A stretch of DNA of 62,695 nucleotides from Girardia tigrina (lineage: Eukaryota). The notes under the pieces are model-generated. The model had not been told where the DNA came from. It saw only the letters and a program-made list of their open reading frames with translations, and made no database searches. Every line of letters starts with the position of its first letter. Position 1 is the first letter of the stretch. Where the stretch lies: contig MQRK01187577.1 in NCBI GenBank assembly GCA_001938485.1, positions 34,571-97,265 on the forward strand, read 5' to 3'. Position numbers and translations under genes: made by a program. This document shows positions 13,704-26,620 of this stretch, piece by piece.

Positions 13704-14511
13704 CCGTATTTATCGGACTATAAGTCGCATCCCATTTTTTTAAATTTTGAAAATTAAATTCAGCAGCGTATTAGTCACATATTTTTGTGACTTGAAAACT
13801 TGAATCAAAAACTTATTTTAAATTATGCAAATGAAGAAATCATTAAATTTTAATTAATATTATTTTAATTTTGACTTTAATTATTTTTGTTTTATTAAAA
13901 TAATTTGAATTTAAAATCCACGTTAAAATGAAGAAAACAAGAAGATCGTTTACGATCGAAAGAAAATTGGAAATTATTGCTTATGTTGAAAAACATGGTA
14001 ACAGAGAAGTAGAAATGAAAGTATAAATGAAAAAAACATTCGGAATTGGAGAAAATCGAAAAATCTTTAAAACGTAATGCCGAAAAAAAGAAAGCAAAAA
14101 TGGAAAGATTTCCACATTGGCCCGATTTAAAAAAGACTTTTAAAAAGTATGTAATTGAGAAAAGGGAGAAAGGGTTTAAAGTGGGATTTAAGAAAGCAGG
14201 GATTCAAACTTATGATAAAAATATCGTAGGTGATGATGATTCAGAAATTGAAGCTGAAGTGAGAATAAAGACTTACAAGAAATACAAACGGAATTTTTGC
14301 ACATTTTCGAAACATTTGAAATAATAGATGATGAAGATTTTGATGGATTCGAGGAAATCGAATAATCTTAAAATAAAATTATTGGTTTTGTTTTTATATA
14401 TTTATGTTTTTATTTTTATATAAGTTGCACACGCGTATAAGTCTAACCAATTTTTTTTAATTTTCATACATTTTTTCATATAAGCCGCAGTTTATAGTTC
14501 GATAAATACGG
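13704..14511 (+). mobile_element. Internally deleted pogo-family (POGK/Passer-like) element
   Basis: TA-ccgtatttatcggactataa...ttatagttcgataaatacgg-TA. N-terminal Brinker-like DBD MKKTRRSFTIERKLEIIAYVEKHGNRE. Confidence 0.8.
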
Positions 14512-14784
14512 TAAATGGTATGAAGGGATCAAGTTTTCATTTATAAACATATTTTATCCGTTTTAAACATGACACGAAATATATATTTTAGATAGCACGA
14601 AATTGAACAATATTTTCTTAACTTTAAAAAGTTGTATGCATTGTATTATAGGAGAAAAGGGGTCAAATAAATATAAAATACCTCATCTAAAAAAAAGAAA
14701 GAAAATACGAAGAGAATCAAAATTACCAATATCTTTAAAATTTTGTGAGGAAGCAATGAAAAATTATAGAAGCAGTAATTTGTA

Positions 14785-14828
<44 letters not shown>

Positions 14829-14831
<3 letters not shown>

Positions 14832-15618
14832 GGGTGGCCATAAGTCGCTTTACCTAGTTTTAATAATAAACACAAAATTCTAAATGATACAACTTTTATT
14901 TAATCAGCGTACAATAATAATTTCAAAACAAAAACTTGAAAACAATTAAATCTTATCTTCAAAGTGTTGTCCTTCAGATTTAATACACAACTGGATTCTT
15001 CTCTGAACAGAGTGACAGATTCGTCGGAACACGTCGTTATCGTTGTTCAAGGCTTCAAATTCTGTAGTAATTCTTTCCTTCAACTCGGATATGGTTAGAA
15101 CATTTTGTGAGTAAACGCGTTCCTTCAGGATACCCCACATTGAATAATCACAGGGTGTCAGGTCCGGTGATAGTGGAGGCCATTCAGTGGTTCCTCTCCT
15201 GCCGATCCACATATCAAAAGTGTTATCCTAAAAGTCGCGTACATTTTCATCGGTATTAATATTGCTGGGACGCCAACTTCTTTTCTTGTCGGTTACAAAG
15301 CCGGTCTCGTAAAACTTTTTAGCCAAAACATGCATTGATTGTCGTGATTGAGGAGCGTCATTAGGATACTCTTTTGCAAATGCTATAGCTACAGCTCTTG
15401 AATTTCTATCATGCTTTATCCACTGCTTTACTATAAAAATTCGTTGCTGAAGTGCCATTTGCTGAAAATGCCAATATTGCCAACAACAATGAACAAAATG
15501 AAATAATTTTAAATAAATAATTATTAAAACAAAAAAATTATCTAGTTTTTGTTTATAAATCATTTAGAATTTTGTGTTTATTATTTTTAAAACTGGGTAA
15601 AGCGACTTATGGCCACCC

Positions 15619-15621
<3 letters not shown>
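14829..15621 (-). mobile_element. Internally deleted Tc1/mariner (maT/DD37D-like) element inserted in (TA)n
   Basis: TIR caggggtggccataagtcgctttacc. ORF remnants 15228-15563 (HTH) and 14946-15212 (WIGRRGTTEWPPLSPDLTPCDYSMWG). (TA)n on both flanks. Confidence 0.9.
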
Positions 15622-15705
<84 letters not shown>

Positions 15706-16199
15706 NNNNNNNNNNNNNNNNNNNNNNNNNNNNNNNNNNNNNNNNNNNNNNNNNNATATATATATATATATATATATATATAGCTCATATGTATGTAAAA
15801 CATTATAGTTTTTGAATAAAAACTTAATAGTTTGTTTGTTTATAATGTCTTTATTTTCATCAGTTATTTTCATCTCGAAAATCACAGTAAAATTGAAATG
15901 GGACTCTTATTTTCGGACAGAGGGAGTAGAATATAAAGAATAATTTCCGTTGAATTCGGGAAAAACCTCAAAGATAAAGAAGGAAGACGAGAAAAGCTTG
16001 ACAATGAGACTGTTAGTCTCAGACTTCAATGTAGATCTATTAGGTAATGTTCTTAATCTCAAAAACCTGTGTTAAATATGAAAATTATCCTGATGGATCC
16101 CACTTAAACTCTCACAATTCTCAATGTGGATGCATCATAGCTTTTTTTTTTAGTTTAACAAGGTGTTGCATCCAAAGGAAAGCAGAAGTGCGTTTGTTA

Positions 16200-16713
16200 T
16201 AAGAAGACAATGTTTAGAGGAACAGAAGCAAAAACATCCACTGAAAATAATCTCAAAGGTACATGTTACTAGTGAATATTTTTGTAGATTTCGGACGAAA
16301 ACGGAAAGTTATAATTAAACATGAACAGAGATGTCGTTTTCCACCACGATGATGTGTGTCCACATACTGAGCGTTATGTTATTAAATCTATAAAAAGATT
16401 GGAAATGCTTTCTCAACCACCACAATCTCCAAGAGAAGTGCTACGGACTATCATGTCGATTGATCGATGAAACATTGGCCCTGGAAAAAAGATTTACGAG
16501 AACTTTGATGATATTTTTGTTGTAAGAGGGAACTGTCTCTATAAACAGAAAATGCTTCGCTCGTTGAATCGACTGTCTTTCAAGAAAATTAGTAATAGAA
16601 ATAGAATGCGAGTATGAATGTGAACAATCATTTCAATATATATATTTTTAATCGTATTATTGTTTTTTACTAAAAATTGTTTTAAAAAGATACAACAGTT
16701 ATACAATAACATA
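16200..16713 (+). mobile_element. Very decayed mariner 3' fragment
   Basis: NRDVVFHHDDVCPH...LEMLSQPPQSP resembles the mariner HDNARPH and HPPYSP motifs. Confidence 0.55.
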
Positions 16714-17246
16714 ATAATAATATATTAAAATAAAACTCCTGCTCTGTTCGTCTGAATGAGTGATTGTGTCTTAAAACATAATCAAATATTCTTGATGATC
16801 GAATAAAGAGAACAGATTAAAATTTTCAATTCTACAATCAGTTTAAAAATTCAGATAAAATCAGACGAATTTTTCATAAATTCCAGATAATTTGGTATTT
16901 ATCTTTAATATCATAAATAATATAATATTATGAATAAATCACGTAAATGACAGGGCGTAACTCACAATTATAATTAAACTTGAATTATTATTATACTATG
17001 TTTCCATAAATTGTCAGCAATTTTAAAGGAAAATTATTTACGAGAAAATTTTGTAAAAAAGAAACAATATTTTTTTTTAAAAATAATTTTAAAGTATTTA
17101 AATATTATATTATTTTTATATTGAATTAAAATTATTGTCTTGGTAATACTACTATTATTATAAAACCGATAGTCATAATAAGAATCAAATTAATAAAAAA
17201 AAATAATAATAATAATGAAAATAGAGACACCGACTGAAAGACTTAC

Positions 17247-17443
17247 ATTCTAAAACACGGATCTCCAAACGTCTGACACATTCGTATCGACAGTTGGAGC
17301 AGTGAGTTCGTTTGTCTGATGGATTCATCTTTGCTCGCCAGAATGTAGCGCCGACGACTGCTCAAATCCCCTTTATTTGCAAATGGAGACAAATTTATGA
17401 TGACTGATCCGAATTTCTGAAATGTTTTTCCATCATTCGATTC
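17247..17443 (-). CDS. FAM102A: EEIG1/FAM102-like coding exon 3 (NT-C2 domain)
   Basis: ESNDGKTFQKFGSVIINLSPFANKGDLSSRRRYILASKDESIRQTNSLLQLSIRMCQTFGDPCFR aligns with FAM102 [23 protein letters not shown]...[23 protein letters not shown]. cag and GTAAGT splice sites. Confidence 0.92.
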
Positions 17444-18714
17444 CTGAATGATTTATTGTATCAAACTGACGATAGTAATAAAATCGATAAATTAATCTCA
17501 AAGGAAAATCTTTTGTCAGGAAATAGATGGAAGCAAGAAAAAACAAAATCAAACGTGAATTATTCTAACAGTGTCGATATAATAATTTGATAATAGTTCT
17601 AAATGCATTTTCTGATGAAAAACCACAAAAAAGTATTTATTATTCATAAAATCGGTTGATAAATTCATCAAAAATAATAATAGGAAATATCTTAGTGTCC
17701 CCAACAAGTACGAATTAAAAAATTTTGTTTAAAAAAAATCAAAAGAAGTTTTATAAAATGCCATTATTAAAATAAGTGTTTTATTTTTGTTCCTTTTCTG
17801 AATTAGAGACGAATTCTGATGCAATCTTATCGTTTAACACTCATTACATTGCATAAATTATTATATTTTCACAAAGATGTGCAAGATGACATTCTATTTC
17901 ATTATGTTGAGCTAAACGTTGAAGATTTTGCAATAAGTTAGAAACCTAAATGTCGAATTGCAAAAAAAATCTACAGCTTTTATAGAAAAACTAATGCTAT
18001 ATTTAAGATCAAAACACAAGAATTTTGTTACTAAGTGTTATTAATAATCAAAATATGATTATAATATTCCACCATAATATTCCATTCCATTTGAAGACAT
18101 AATGAAACAAAAATTCTATTCTTAGATATTGGGAGACAAGACAGATCCTATATTGTTTCTGGACAACATATTTACGCAAAGATATAACATTATTTGATGT
18201 CTTAAAAATAGTGTTTTGCATATTACTAAGGATGAGAAATAAAAACTAAGATAGAAAAATCGTGTTTATTACTATTGAATAAAGTTATAAGAGCATTACA
18301 GTAGTGTCAGATGATTCAGCTTTATTTAAATTGTCTTTAATACAGTAAAGAGTGATGGTAAATAGTCAAAACCAATTACAACTAGATTAGACTGGTAGTT
18401 AGTTAATTATGTGAGATATTAAGTTCATAATGTGATGGACACAAGTGACAATTCCACGTCCTACTTTCTGAGATATAAAATTTGTGAAAAACGATTTCAT
18501 AAGGGTGTCTCCTAACAGACAAAATGTCAAAACGACCGAAACTCAAAATTGTATTTATTATAAAAATTTTAAAATATTATAATTCATTTTAATTTATGAC
18601 ATTCTATAAATAAAATTTGTAATTTATGATGACTGGAATTATTTGTTTATAAAATTTCTAAAGTATAATAAATCAAAACTAATAAGTCATATTATAATAA
18701 ATCAAAGTATAATA

Positions 18715-18940
18715 AGTAAAACTTTCAAAGATGATGACTCTATAAAATCTCACTTAACTCAGTTTCTTGCCGAAAAGGATCCTAATTTCTACGAGCGTGG
18801 AATTTTCAAGTTTTCAGAAAGATTGGAAAAGGTCATCGAACAAAATGGATCAAAATACATCATAGATTAAAATTCATTCACAATTAAAAACACTCTTTTT
18901 TCATTGAAATCAATAATTAATTATTTTCTAACCAAATAGT
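18715..18940 (+). mobile_element. Mariner transposase C-terminal fragment
   Basis: KTFKDDDSIKSHLTQFLAEKDPNFYERGIFKFSERLEKVIEQNGSKYIID*. Confidence 0.75.
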
Positions 18941-19376
18941 TTATTAAAAATTATTTTAAAAAAATAGAATAATGAAATTTCTAATAAATCCGAAACAATA
19001 GAGACACTTAAACAACTTAAATGAAAATAATGTGCAAATACGACAGTGCAAGATACTCATAAAACCGATAATTCTTTTTAAGATTTTACTTTACTTTTTA
19101 TCAATTTTCAGTTAATATTTGATAATTTTCACTATACTTTTTAAAAGAAACGAAAAATAGATATTTTTTTAGAAATACATTAATAAATATTTTTTAAATG
19201 ATTAAAATAAAATATTAGAAACAAATTTTTTATTAAAAGACACCCAAAAAACAAAGAAGATAATGTACAAATACCATTGTCTAAGAAGCAGTTATAATTA
19301 AATTGTTTCCATAGATTTATTCTTTCAAATACACCCATATTTGCTAATTTTTAAATATTTTTGAAATTATTTTAAT

Positions 19377-20941
19377 TAAGGATGTGCCGGAATCCGGCCG
19401 GAGTCGGTTTTCGGCCATTTTTGACAAATACGGCTCCGGCCATAATTTGGCCGGTTTTGTAAGAGTATGAAGCAAAAAAAACAAATTCTAGAAAAAAATT
19501 AAAGTACAATTTAGAAAAAAAATGAAGTCAATTTTAGAAAAATTTCAGTTTTTTTTTCTAAAATTTACTGGAGTTTGTAATTTTCGCTAAATTTTACTTC
19601 AATTTTTTGAGTCATAAGGCATAAATATTTACTAAATTTAGTCAACGTTAATAAAGAAATAAACAATTCAGGTATAACGATTATTTTTTTTCAATAAAAA
19701 ATATTGTATTTCAAGAAATAACAAGTGAATTGCAAAATCGTAAATTGCATTTTGTCCAATATGACGGCTGTAAATGCCAGTGTGCTGCTGTCTTTTATTA
19801 CTATTGAGAATGTTCATTCAACAAGTTCTACGTTGATTTCCTCCTCTAACATCACATTAACGGAGTCTCTTAAACCACCAACTAAGAAATCACGGGTCGT
19901 CCAGTCATCATCCTTTGAGCAACAGCACATATCTACATGCATCGAGTCAGAATTGTGCCAGTGCCTATCTGAACCCGTGGTCTAACGGACAGAAGATCCA
20001 CTGAAGTAGTGGAAATATAATAAAGAGAGATTTCCTAGTTTAGCTAAAGTAGCTCGAGTGTACCTGGGATCACCTCCGACTAGTATACCATCTGAACGAT
20101 TATTTAATTGGGTAGGTGAAGTAACTAGTGATCACAGGAGTGGACTCCTTCCAGAAAATGCTTCAAGACTAATTTTTAGCGCAATTTCCATACTGACAAT
20201 TGCGATTATTAATTGGTTATTTCTGTGTGGATGGATGGATGGATGTGTGTCCGCAGCTTTAAGTCGTATCTCCTCCGCAACGAAGCAATATCGAGGGCTA
20301 GTTCCAAAAGCAAATATGTTAAGCAAGTTCGGAGGATGATTGTGGGCTAAAAAAATTCCCGGAATTTCTTCCTGGATTTCCCGGAAAAGTCAAAAAACCT
20401 CGAAAAAATGCAGTTTTTGGCCTATATCTCGGCAACCTGACCACTTAGCGACTTGAAACATTTATCAATCGATTCCTGCAATAATTTAGAACAATATTGC
20501 CGAAGAAAGTTTACAAAAATATCCTTTCGTTCGGTCACAAAAAATTAATCATAGTCAAATACTGATATAAACGTTTTAATAATTAATAGACAACTATTAA
20601 TTTCATATGGATTAATTAATTAATTTTAATTAATTTAAGGAAATTGCGCTTAAATTGTCACTAGACTTTTTATTAACCTGTTTTAAGTACAATTCTGATT
20701 TAATAAGAAGTTAAAAAAATATTCTTTCTTCATTTCTGTTTGTATTTATGTTTCTTTGTTCAAATTTTAATTAAATATTTCAAATAAACAATCAGTAGTT
20801 ATTTATTCATTTGTCTAACAGGCACAATTTCCAGCTATTCTTAAAAATTTTCTTTAATTTAGCATAAGCGGTTACTTACTTAAACTCGTCACAAATCCGG
20901 CGCCTGTCATATTTCAAGAAACCAAATCCGGCCCATTCACA
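19377..20941 (+). mobile_element. hAT element, internally deleted, with dimerisation-domain remnant
   Basis: 8-bp TSD ATTTTAAT (19369-19376, 20942-20949); ccgg-rich subterminal repeats; [36 protein letters not shown]. Confidence 0.85.
20173..20667 (+). mobile_element. HINE/DINE-1-like (Helentron-associated) insertion inside the hAT element
   Basis: Sub-terminal inverted repeat agcgcaatttcc/ggaaattgcgct, (GGAT)n tract, T-rich insertion site; interrupts the hAT frame. Confidence 0.6.
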
Positions 20942-21115
20942 ATTTTAATTCACTTCAGTATGAAATATTTTATTATGAAAATTAAATAAAAAATTAGAAA
21001 TAAATTAATAAATATTTTAAAAATTATTAAAACAAAATTTTAGAAACAAATTTCTCATAGAAAAGACATTCAATACGACAAAGAAATTATTTATTCAATC
21101 AATCATCGAACGTAC

Positions 21116-21236
21116 TTGTTTGATCGATATCTTGATGAAGAGAGACTCGAGCTTATTTGTCTGTGGATCGAGCGGTATTTTACACAAAATCAAATGATCA
21201 CTGTTCCATTGGACCTTGTGGTCGGACACGCCTTCA
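21116..21236 (-). CDS. FAM102A: EEIG1/FAM102-like coding exon 2
   Basis: EGVSDHKVQWNSDHLILCKIPLDPQTNKLESLFIKISIKQ resembles EEVQENCVRW...[23 protein letters not shown]. A 51-nt GT-AG intron lies upstream. Confidence 0.9.
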
Positions 21237-21287
21237 CTAGACAATTCGATCGATTCAACAACTCAATCACCGCATCAATAAATTTAC

Positions 21288-21460
21288 TGTGATGAATAAA
21301 TTGCCATTTTGATCGAATCGATGAATTTGATTTTAGCAAAAAATATCCCATTAACATACGGAACGGACGATAATTCTTCCAGTGATAAAGTGATTTTGAA
21401 ATGGACTTTTTTCATGCGATTTTGTTTAATCGTTTTCCGAACATACGATATGAAATTCAT
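21288..21460 (-). CDS. FAM102A: EEIG1/FAM102-like first coding exon (NT-C2 domain)
   Basis: MKKVHFKITLSLEELSSVPYVNGIFFAKIKFID resembles FAM102A [34 protein letters not shown]. The full model is about 234 aa if the 1688 and 1613 exons are used. Confidence 0.92.
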
Positions 21461-22329
21461 ATCGTTCACTGAAATCAACCGCCTGAGTTAATGAGTCGCT
21501 AAATATTAAAACAAACAACGAATTTTACAAAACAATCATTTGCAATATTCATAATAATAATGTTGATAATAATAATAATTACCTGTAAATAGTAAATTTA
21601 TTAATAGTTTTTTTTCAGATTATCATTACGATTTTTTTGTTGTTAAAGAAAAAAATAGAAGAAATTTTAAATTGTTAAAAATGATAATTTTTTCGGTTAA
21701 TCAATTATTGAACAATTAATCCAGTTTCAAGGTAGAAATACAATACGACTTCAATGATTGGATGAAGTTTAGTACAACAATATCATATATTGGATGAAGT
21801 TACGTTGTAAATTAAAAATTAATATGATAAAATATTTAAATCGTTTATAGTTGTAAGACAAATTTTTAAACAATACACAATAAAATTCGGTAAAATTTCC
21901 GACTTTTATATCTGTTTTACATGAAATTAATTAAAAAGTTAAAGGATATTTTGAAATATCCTTATAATGAAAGATTTAGGAATGTTTCCTTTATTTTTCT
22001 GCTAAAAATAGATGACAAACATAATAAATCATTGGATAAAATTTTACTTTTAAAATTCTTATGAGAACAATTTTTAATACTATTAGACTTTGCTGCGTCT
22101 ATTATTTAGTAAGTTTAATGCATTAAAATTTAATTCCTAAGATTGATTAAATATGTATTATTATTCTTAATACTTAAATTTAATTTCATATTAATGTCTG
22201 ATAATTCTTAATTAATAAAACTTCATTGCATTTTATTCCAAAAATGTTAATTTTTAAAAATACTGTCACTCTATTCTTCAAGTTCATATTTTATAAAAAA
22301 ACTATTTCATTTTTTTCTTAAAAATTGTA

Positions 22330-22900
22330 GATGCTATTTAATGTAGAAGTAAACGCAGACTGCTGGTTTGTCTTGATAACTTTATTGATGATTCTCCCGA
22401 TTTTCAACTGAACAATATCAAACTATTCTACTTCTCAGCCAATTCGCAACCCATAGATCAGGGAATCTTAAAGAACTTCAAGCGCCCGTACAAGAAACTC
22501 GGGCTTTACCGTTGGCTTGAGGCCATAGAAGACGAAAGAAGTTTGAGTTCAATTTCTTAAGGCTCCAGCCGTCGCCTGGAGTAAGTCTGAAATAAAGAAC
22601 TGTTTGGCGAAGGGATAGAAAGGGATATCTGAATTGAGGTACAGGATGCAGAGCTGCTAGAGATCTTGGAAGATCTTTCTACAGAAGAAAAGATGTGTTA
22701 CGATCGAGAGTATTACGACAGACACCGCCCGTCAGACCCCTCCATCCACTACACCATCTCGTGAGCACGGCATTATTGTAAAATTTGGGAATAGTCAAAC
22801 TCGACTATTCCCGTTACGTTTAAGTGTCCCGTGCATCAACAAAGTGACGAGGTCCGGAGGGATCTATGGAGGCGTCTTGAGGGTGATCGTAGACCCCGAA
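22330..22900 (+). mobile_element. pogo/Tigger transposase remnant
   Basis: SQPIDQGILKNFKRPYKK matches the pogo QPLDQGII motif. Confidence 0.6.
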
Positions 22901-22989
22901 GTGGCCGGAGGATGTTGTTGGGACCTCTTGGAGAACCTTTTGAAATCCTTTAAAAAAAATTTTAATTAATTAAAAACTTTGACTTATAA

Positions 22990-23550
22990 AATAAATTACC
23001 CGCAATCATTTGACTCCAGTAATTACCCAGGATGTCGATTGCAAACGTTTGCAATCATTTCCTCCCTGTTTTCCCCTCACATCCTGTCCCGGAATAATTG
23101 CCGTTTGTTTCGATTGCCGGCGAGTGATAATTATCAATCCGTAATTGACCGGCATCCGGCAGGGCAGCAACATCTAAAATAATAATTAATCAAAAAATTA
23201 ATCTGAAACAATTAAATTACTAGCAATCAACATTGTGATGACGGAAATCGTTTTTCCCCTCATCCTGCCTTTGCAAATAACATCCTGTAGGGTATAAATA
23301 GCCGGCACACAATTTGAAAAGCCCAGAAATTTGCACAAAATTTTTCTTTTTACCATTTGTACCAAATACGATAAGCGACATTTTACGACAGAATTTTACG
23401 ACAACCAATATTTGACCGATTTACTTCGCCAAATTATTTCGGTTCGACACAATTCTGAAAGCAAAACAAATTAATTTGAGCTGCTACCTTCGTTATTATT
23501 TTGTGAACTCAGTTGATATTATTATTTCAGGAACCCGAACGAGGTAACAC
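22990..23550. promoter_or_regulatory. Probable bidirectional promoter / first non-coding exons of the FAM102-like (-) and ZC2HC1-like (+) genes
   Basis: Locally GC/CpG-richer, no recognised repeat. TATAAATA at 23294-23301; five CMGGATG ETS-type cores; minus-strand donors near 22999 and 23027; plus-strand donor GAG|GTAAC at 23543/23544. Confidence 0.55.
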
Positions 23551-23716
23551 CTATCATTTTATTATCCTTTATTTTATTTATTTATTTTTTATCATTATTA
23601 TTAAATGTTGATTACGATCGTTTTGTTCCACGATTCGATGAATTGCAATATATATATTTAATCCCTTCTTCTTTTAATTATTATAGTAATATTTCATTAT
23701 TATTATTGATATTTCA

Positions 23717-24124
23717 TGTAACTATGAAGAGAGTTAAAGGGACGACCCGCCCTATTGATTGGTGTTATGAGGTGGGATTATTAGACCACGGTCGTCTGAG
23801 TTGTTGTTGAGCTTGAATACAGTTTTGAGAGATTGAGAGAGAGAAAGAAAAGCATAGAAGAGAGAGAAGTGAATTGTTATTTAATGAAAGAATATTGAGA
23901 GTCAGGGTTAAGCTATCATAGAAGCGCAGAGTTACAGTGACTGATATTGTGTTAAGCGTTGACGTGAGAGCTTGGCTTATCGTTTTATTTTCTTATCGCG
24001 ATTCGTGTGAGTGAGCGAGAGACAGCGTATTCGAGCTAGTGTAATTTTTTGTACAAAAACAAAATTTTTAGTGATCGTCATTTTTTACATATTTTGACTT
24101 TTAATCATTCAATCAATAATTACA
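23717..24124 (+). mobile_element. Solo LTR of a second family
   Basis: TGTAAC...TTACA with flanks TTTCA/TTTAA (TSD with one mismatch); GA-rich interior. Confidence 0.6.
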
Positions 24125-24234
24125 TTTAATTAGTTTTGTCGATTAAAATTTGTGTATTGAAATTTATTTATTGAAATAAAGGTGCCAAAAAAAAGAAAAA
24201 ACGAGGCTTCATATTTGGAATAATACAATGGATT

Positions 24235-25620
24235 ATGAGATCATTTACTCAAAATATAAATCAAAATACTGCTTTGAAGCCACCTTTAGAAGATAATTTC
24301 AATTATAAAACTGAAGGACAGCCATATACTAAATGTAAAATATTTAACAATTCAAAAATTGATGATTTGAAAAATGAATCTTCTAATAAATCTCTAAATG
24401 TTAATAAAAATAAAGTGATATGTTGTAATCCTGAAGCTCCTATTATGACCAATTTAAAACAGAACAACATTTCAAATAATAACAATAGTAATCAACCAAG
24501 TCATTCAAAGAAAGTCAAAATTCGTTCGAATTGTACGTCTTTTAGTAATCAGACTAAATTTGATCCAATCAAGCAACAAGAGACAACTATTGCCACATTG
24601 AATTTTGCACCTATTGACATCCCGGCATTAGATTCTCATAAATTAAAAAAATTGCATTATCAACAAGAAGCAGAAAAAAAACGTATAAGTATCGTCTGAA
24701 GATTTGAAAAACAAATGTACTTTTCGATTAGATGACAGTTTATCAATGAGTACTGATTCGAGCGCTGAGGAAAAGATTAAAGATGTTGAAGTTGATAGAA
24801 AGTCAAAAACGCATATATCTAAACAAGACCTGCCAAAGTCTTGTAGCGTTTGTCTTCGAAATTGTAATGACTCTAACAGTAAGCAAAAAATTTATGAAAA
24901 AAAAATTTATGGTAAATGAAAAGTGACGAGAACCCTTTTGGAGATGGTGCAGGTCGACCATAGAATGCATATGAACGTGGTTCGATCGTCGCTTATTTTC
25001 TTGAGGCTCTTCTCGTTCACGACATGAAATGGCAGCCCAAAGTTTAGAATAATGTTAGTAAAGGATAAAAGCATCGACCCCTCAGGAAGCTGAGACCACC
25101 GGTCGGGCAATACTCGCAACCGGTTTGAACTCAAAGGCGCTCCGATGCACACACAACTTGTTGATGTGTGCGGAGGAGACGCGTCTGTTCCCATAAGCAA
25201 TAAGAAGACAGAGAGCAATCACCGAGGGGAGTATGAAGAGATATAAGATAAGCGTGAGTTGCCGTTTAACTCAGGAAAGCGGATGGGGGCTCAGGGCCAA
25301 TAAAGATGTCTTGAAACGGAGGGAACACGACAGATGCATGAAAACTGGGAATTTAAGCTATCTAACCTTATTGAAGCTGTCAAGCACCTTACGATTGGTG
25401 GGCCTTTATCATTGGAAGAGGTTGCGGATAAGATGCTGTGCAGTAACGAGCCGGTGGAAAGGGAAAATTGTTGAGGAGGAAATCGTTTTTTAAATTAAGT
25501 TCAGCCTGCTTGGAGCACTGCTCAGAAGTTTATGAAACATAAAATCTGAAAACTCAGTGTGTTGCAAGCTTGCAATTGGCTTGACAACGATATACACGGG
25601 ATGCGTCAAAAGAAAATTTG
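24235..25620 (+). pseudogene. Decayed ORF region, probably a non-LTR retroelement remnant
   Basis: Frameshifted N/S/K-rich ORFs 24235-24699 and 24704-24919 with a CxxC motif, followed by GC-richer broken frames. No diagnostic motif recognised. Confidence 0.3.
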
Positions 25621-25699
25621 CTAGTCTACAGTTTTTGAGAGCTTTGGCTGAAAAGTAACTTGAGAAAATAAAATAAATAAAATGCTGGTTTGGTTCCGA

Positions 25700-26620
25700 T
25701 AAATGCCGTAGTAACGAGATTTGACTGTATTTTGAATTATCTTGAATTATTCATTTTTTTACGTAATTTGAGGTTTTCATGCATTCCATCTGAGCAGATC
25801 ACTGTTCGACGAGCAGCTGGTCAACTATAGAGTCAGATGCCGATGCAATGTATACATTCCATCAAAGCCAAAGAAATACGGTATCAACGTATGGGCTTCC
25901 TGTGATTCCAAAAACTGATATGTTTGCAATACCCAGATCTATGTTGGCAAATCTGGAGATGTACCCGAAAAAAATCAAGGAAAAAAAGTTGTCTTGGAAA
26001 TGTGCCTGTGTCAGGGTCGAACAATTACATGCAATAAATTTTTTACATCTTATGATCTGGCTAAAACTCTTTTTGAAAAAAAGACATGTAATGTTGGGAC
26101 AGTCTGGAAATCAAGGACATTTTTGAGACAGGAGTTTCAAAAAAAGTCTATAACAGTCGGTGAAAGACATTATCTTTTCAGGTTTGGTTAGCTTCCTCAA
26201 TTTCGGCGACAAGAAGTAAAAATCAATTGTTCTTTTGTCTATGCTTCACGATGAAATTGGTGATGAGCAAGCCAAACCTGAAAGAGTATCATACTACATT
26301 CAAACAAAGGCTGGTGTCAGTCTTGCTGAACAATTCATGAGATTCTACAGTTGCAAAAGTGGCACAGTTACGTGCCCGTTGTGCCTATTTTACAATTGCC
26401 TAGACATGGCAGCACTAAACGCCCACATTGTGGATTTTACACGATTTCCTGAATTCCTGGTCGATGATAAAAGCATGCAAGGCGACATTTTCTCTACAAT
26501 TTATCGACATTCTTGATGAGCTATGGCAGTAAACAAACTGTTTATGTTGAAGATAATGTTGATTGCTTTGGTCAAGAGCGAAAACGATTTTCAGAATGTC
26601 CGCAAAGACCAGGTATAAAA
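25700..26620 (+). mobile_element. piggyBac transposase pseudogene
   Basis: EQL...YIPSKPKKYGI, GRTITCNKFFTSYDLAKTL...VGTV, KPERVSYYIQTKAGV...LDMAALNAHI; frameshifted. Confidence 0.88.

Larger units (their letters stand above)
13646..15926 (+). mobile_element. DD39D (plant-mariner/Stowaway-type) element, internally deleted, hosting two nested TEs
   Basis: TA-ctctctctgtctgaaaataagagtcccatttc ... gaaatgggactcttattttcggacagagggag-TA. Transposase C-terminal remnant LNNIFLTLKSCMHCIIGEKGSNKYKIPHLKK at 14603-14785. Confidence 0.8.

Noticed and set aside
15564-15885. ORF-track entries of poly-IY and X residues (also 2748-3127, 38604-38862, 53106-53794)
   Set aside because: Artefacts of (TA)n microsatellites and N-gaps.
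23531-23543. 13-nt microexon (ttcag|gaacccgaacgag|gtaac)
   Set aside because: More simply the 3' end of a first non-coding exon; cannot be resolved without transcripts.
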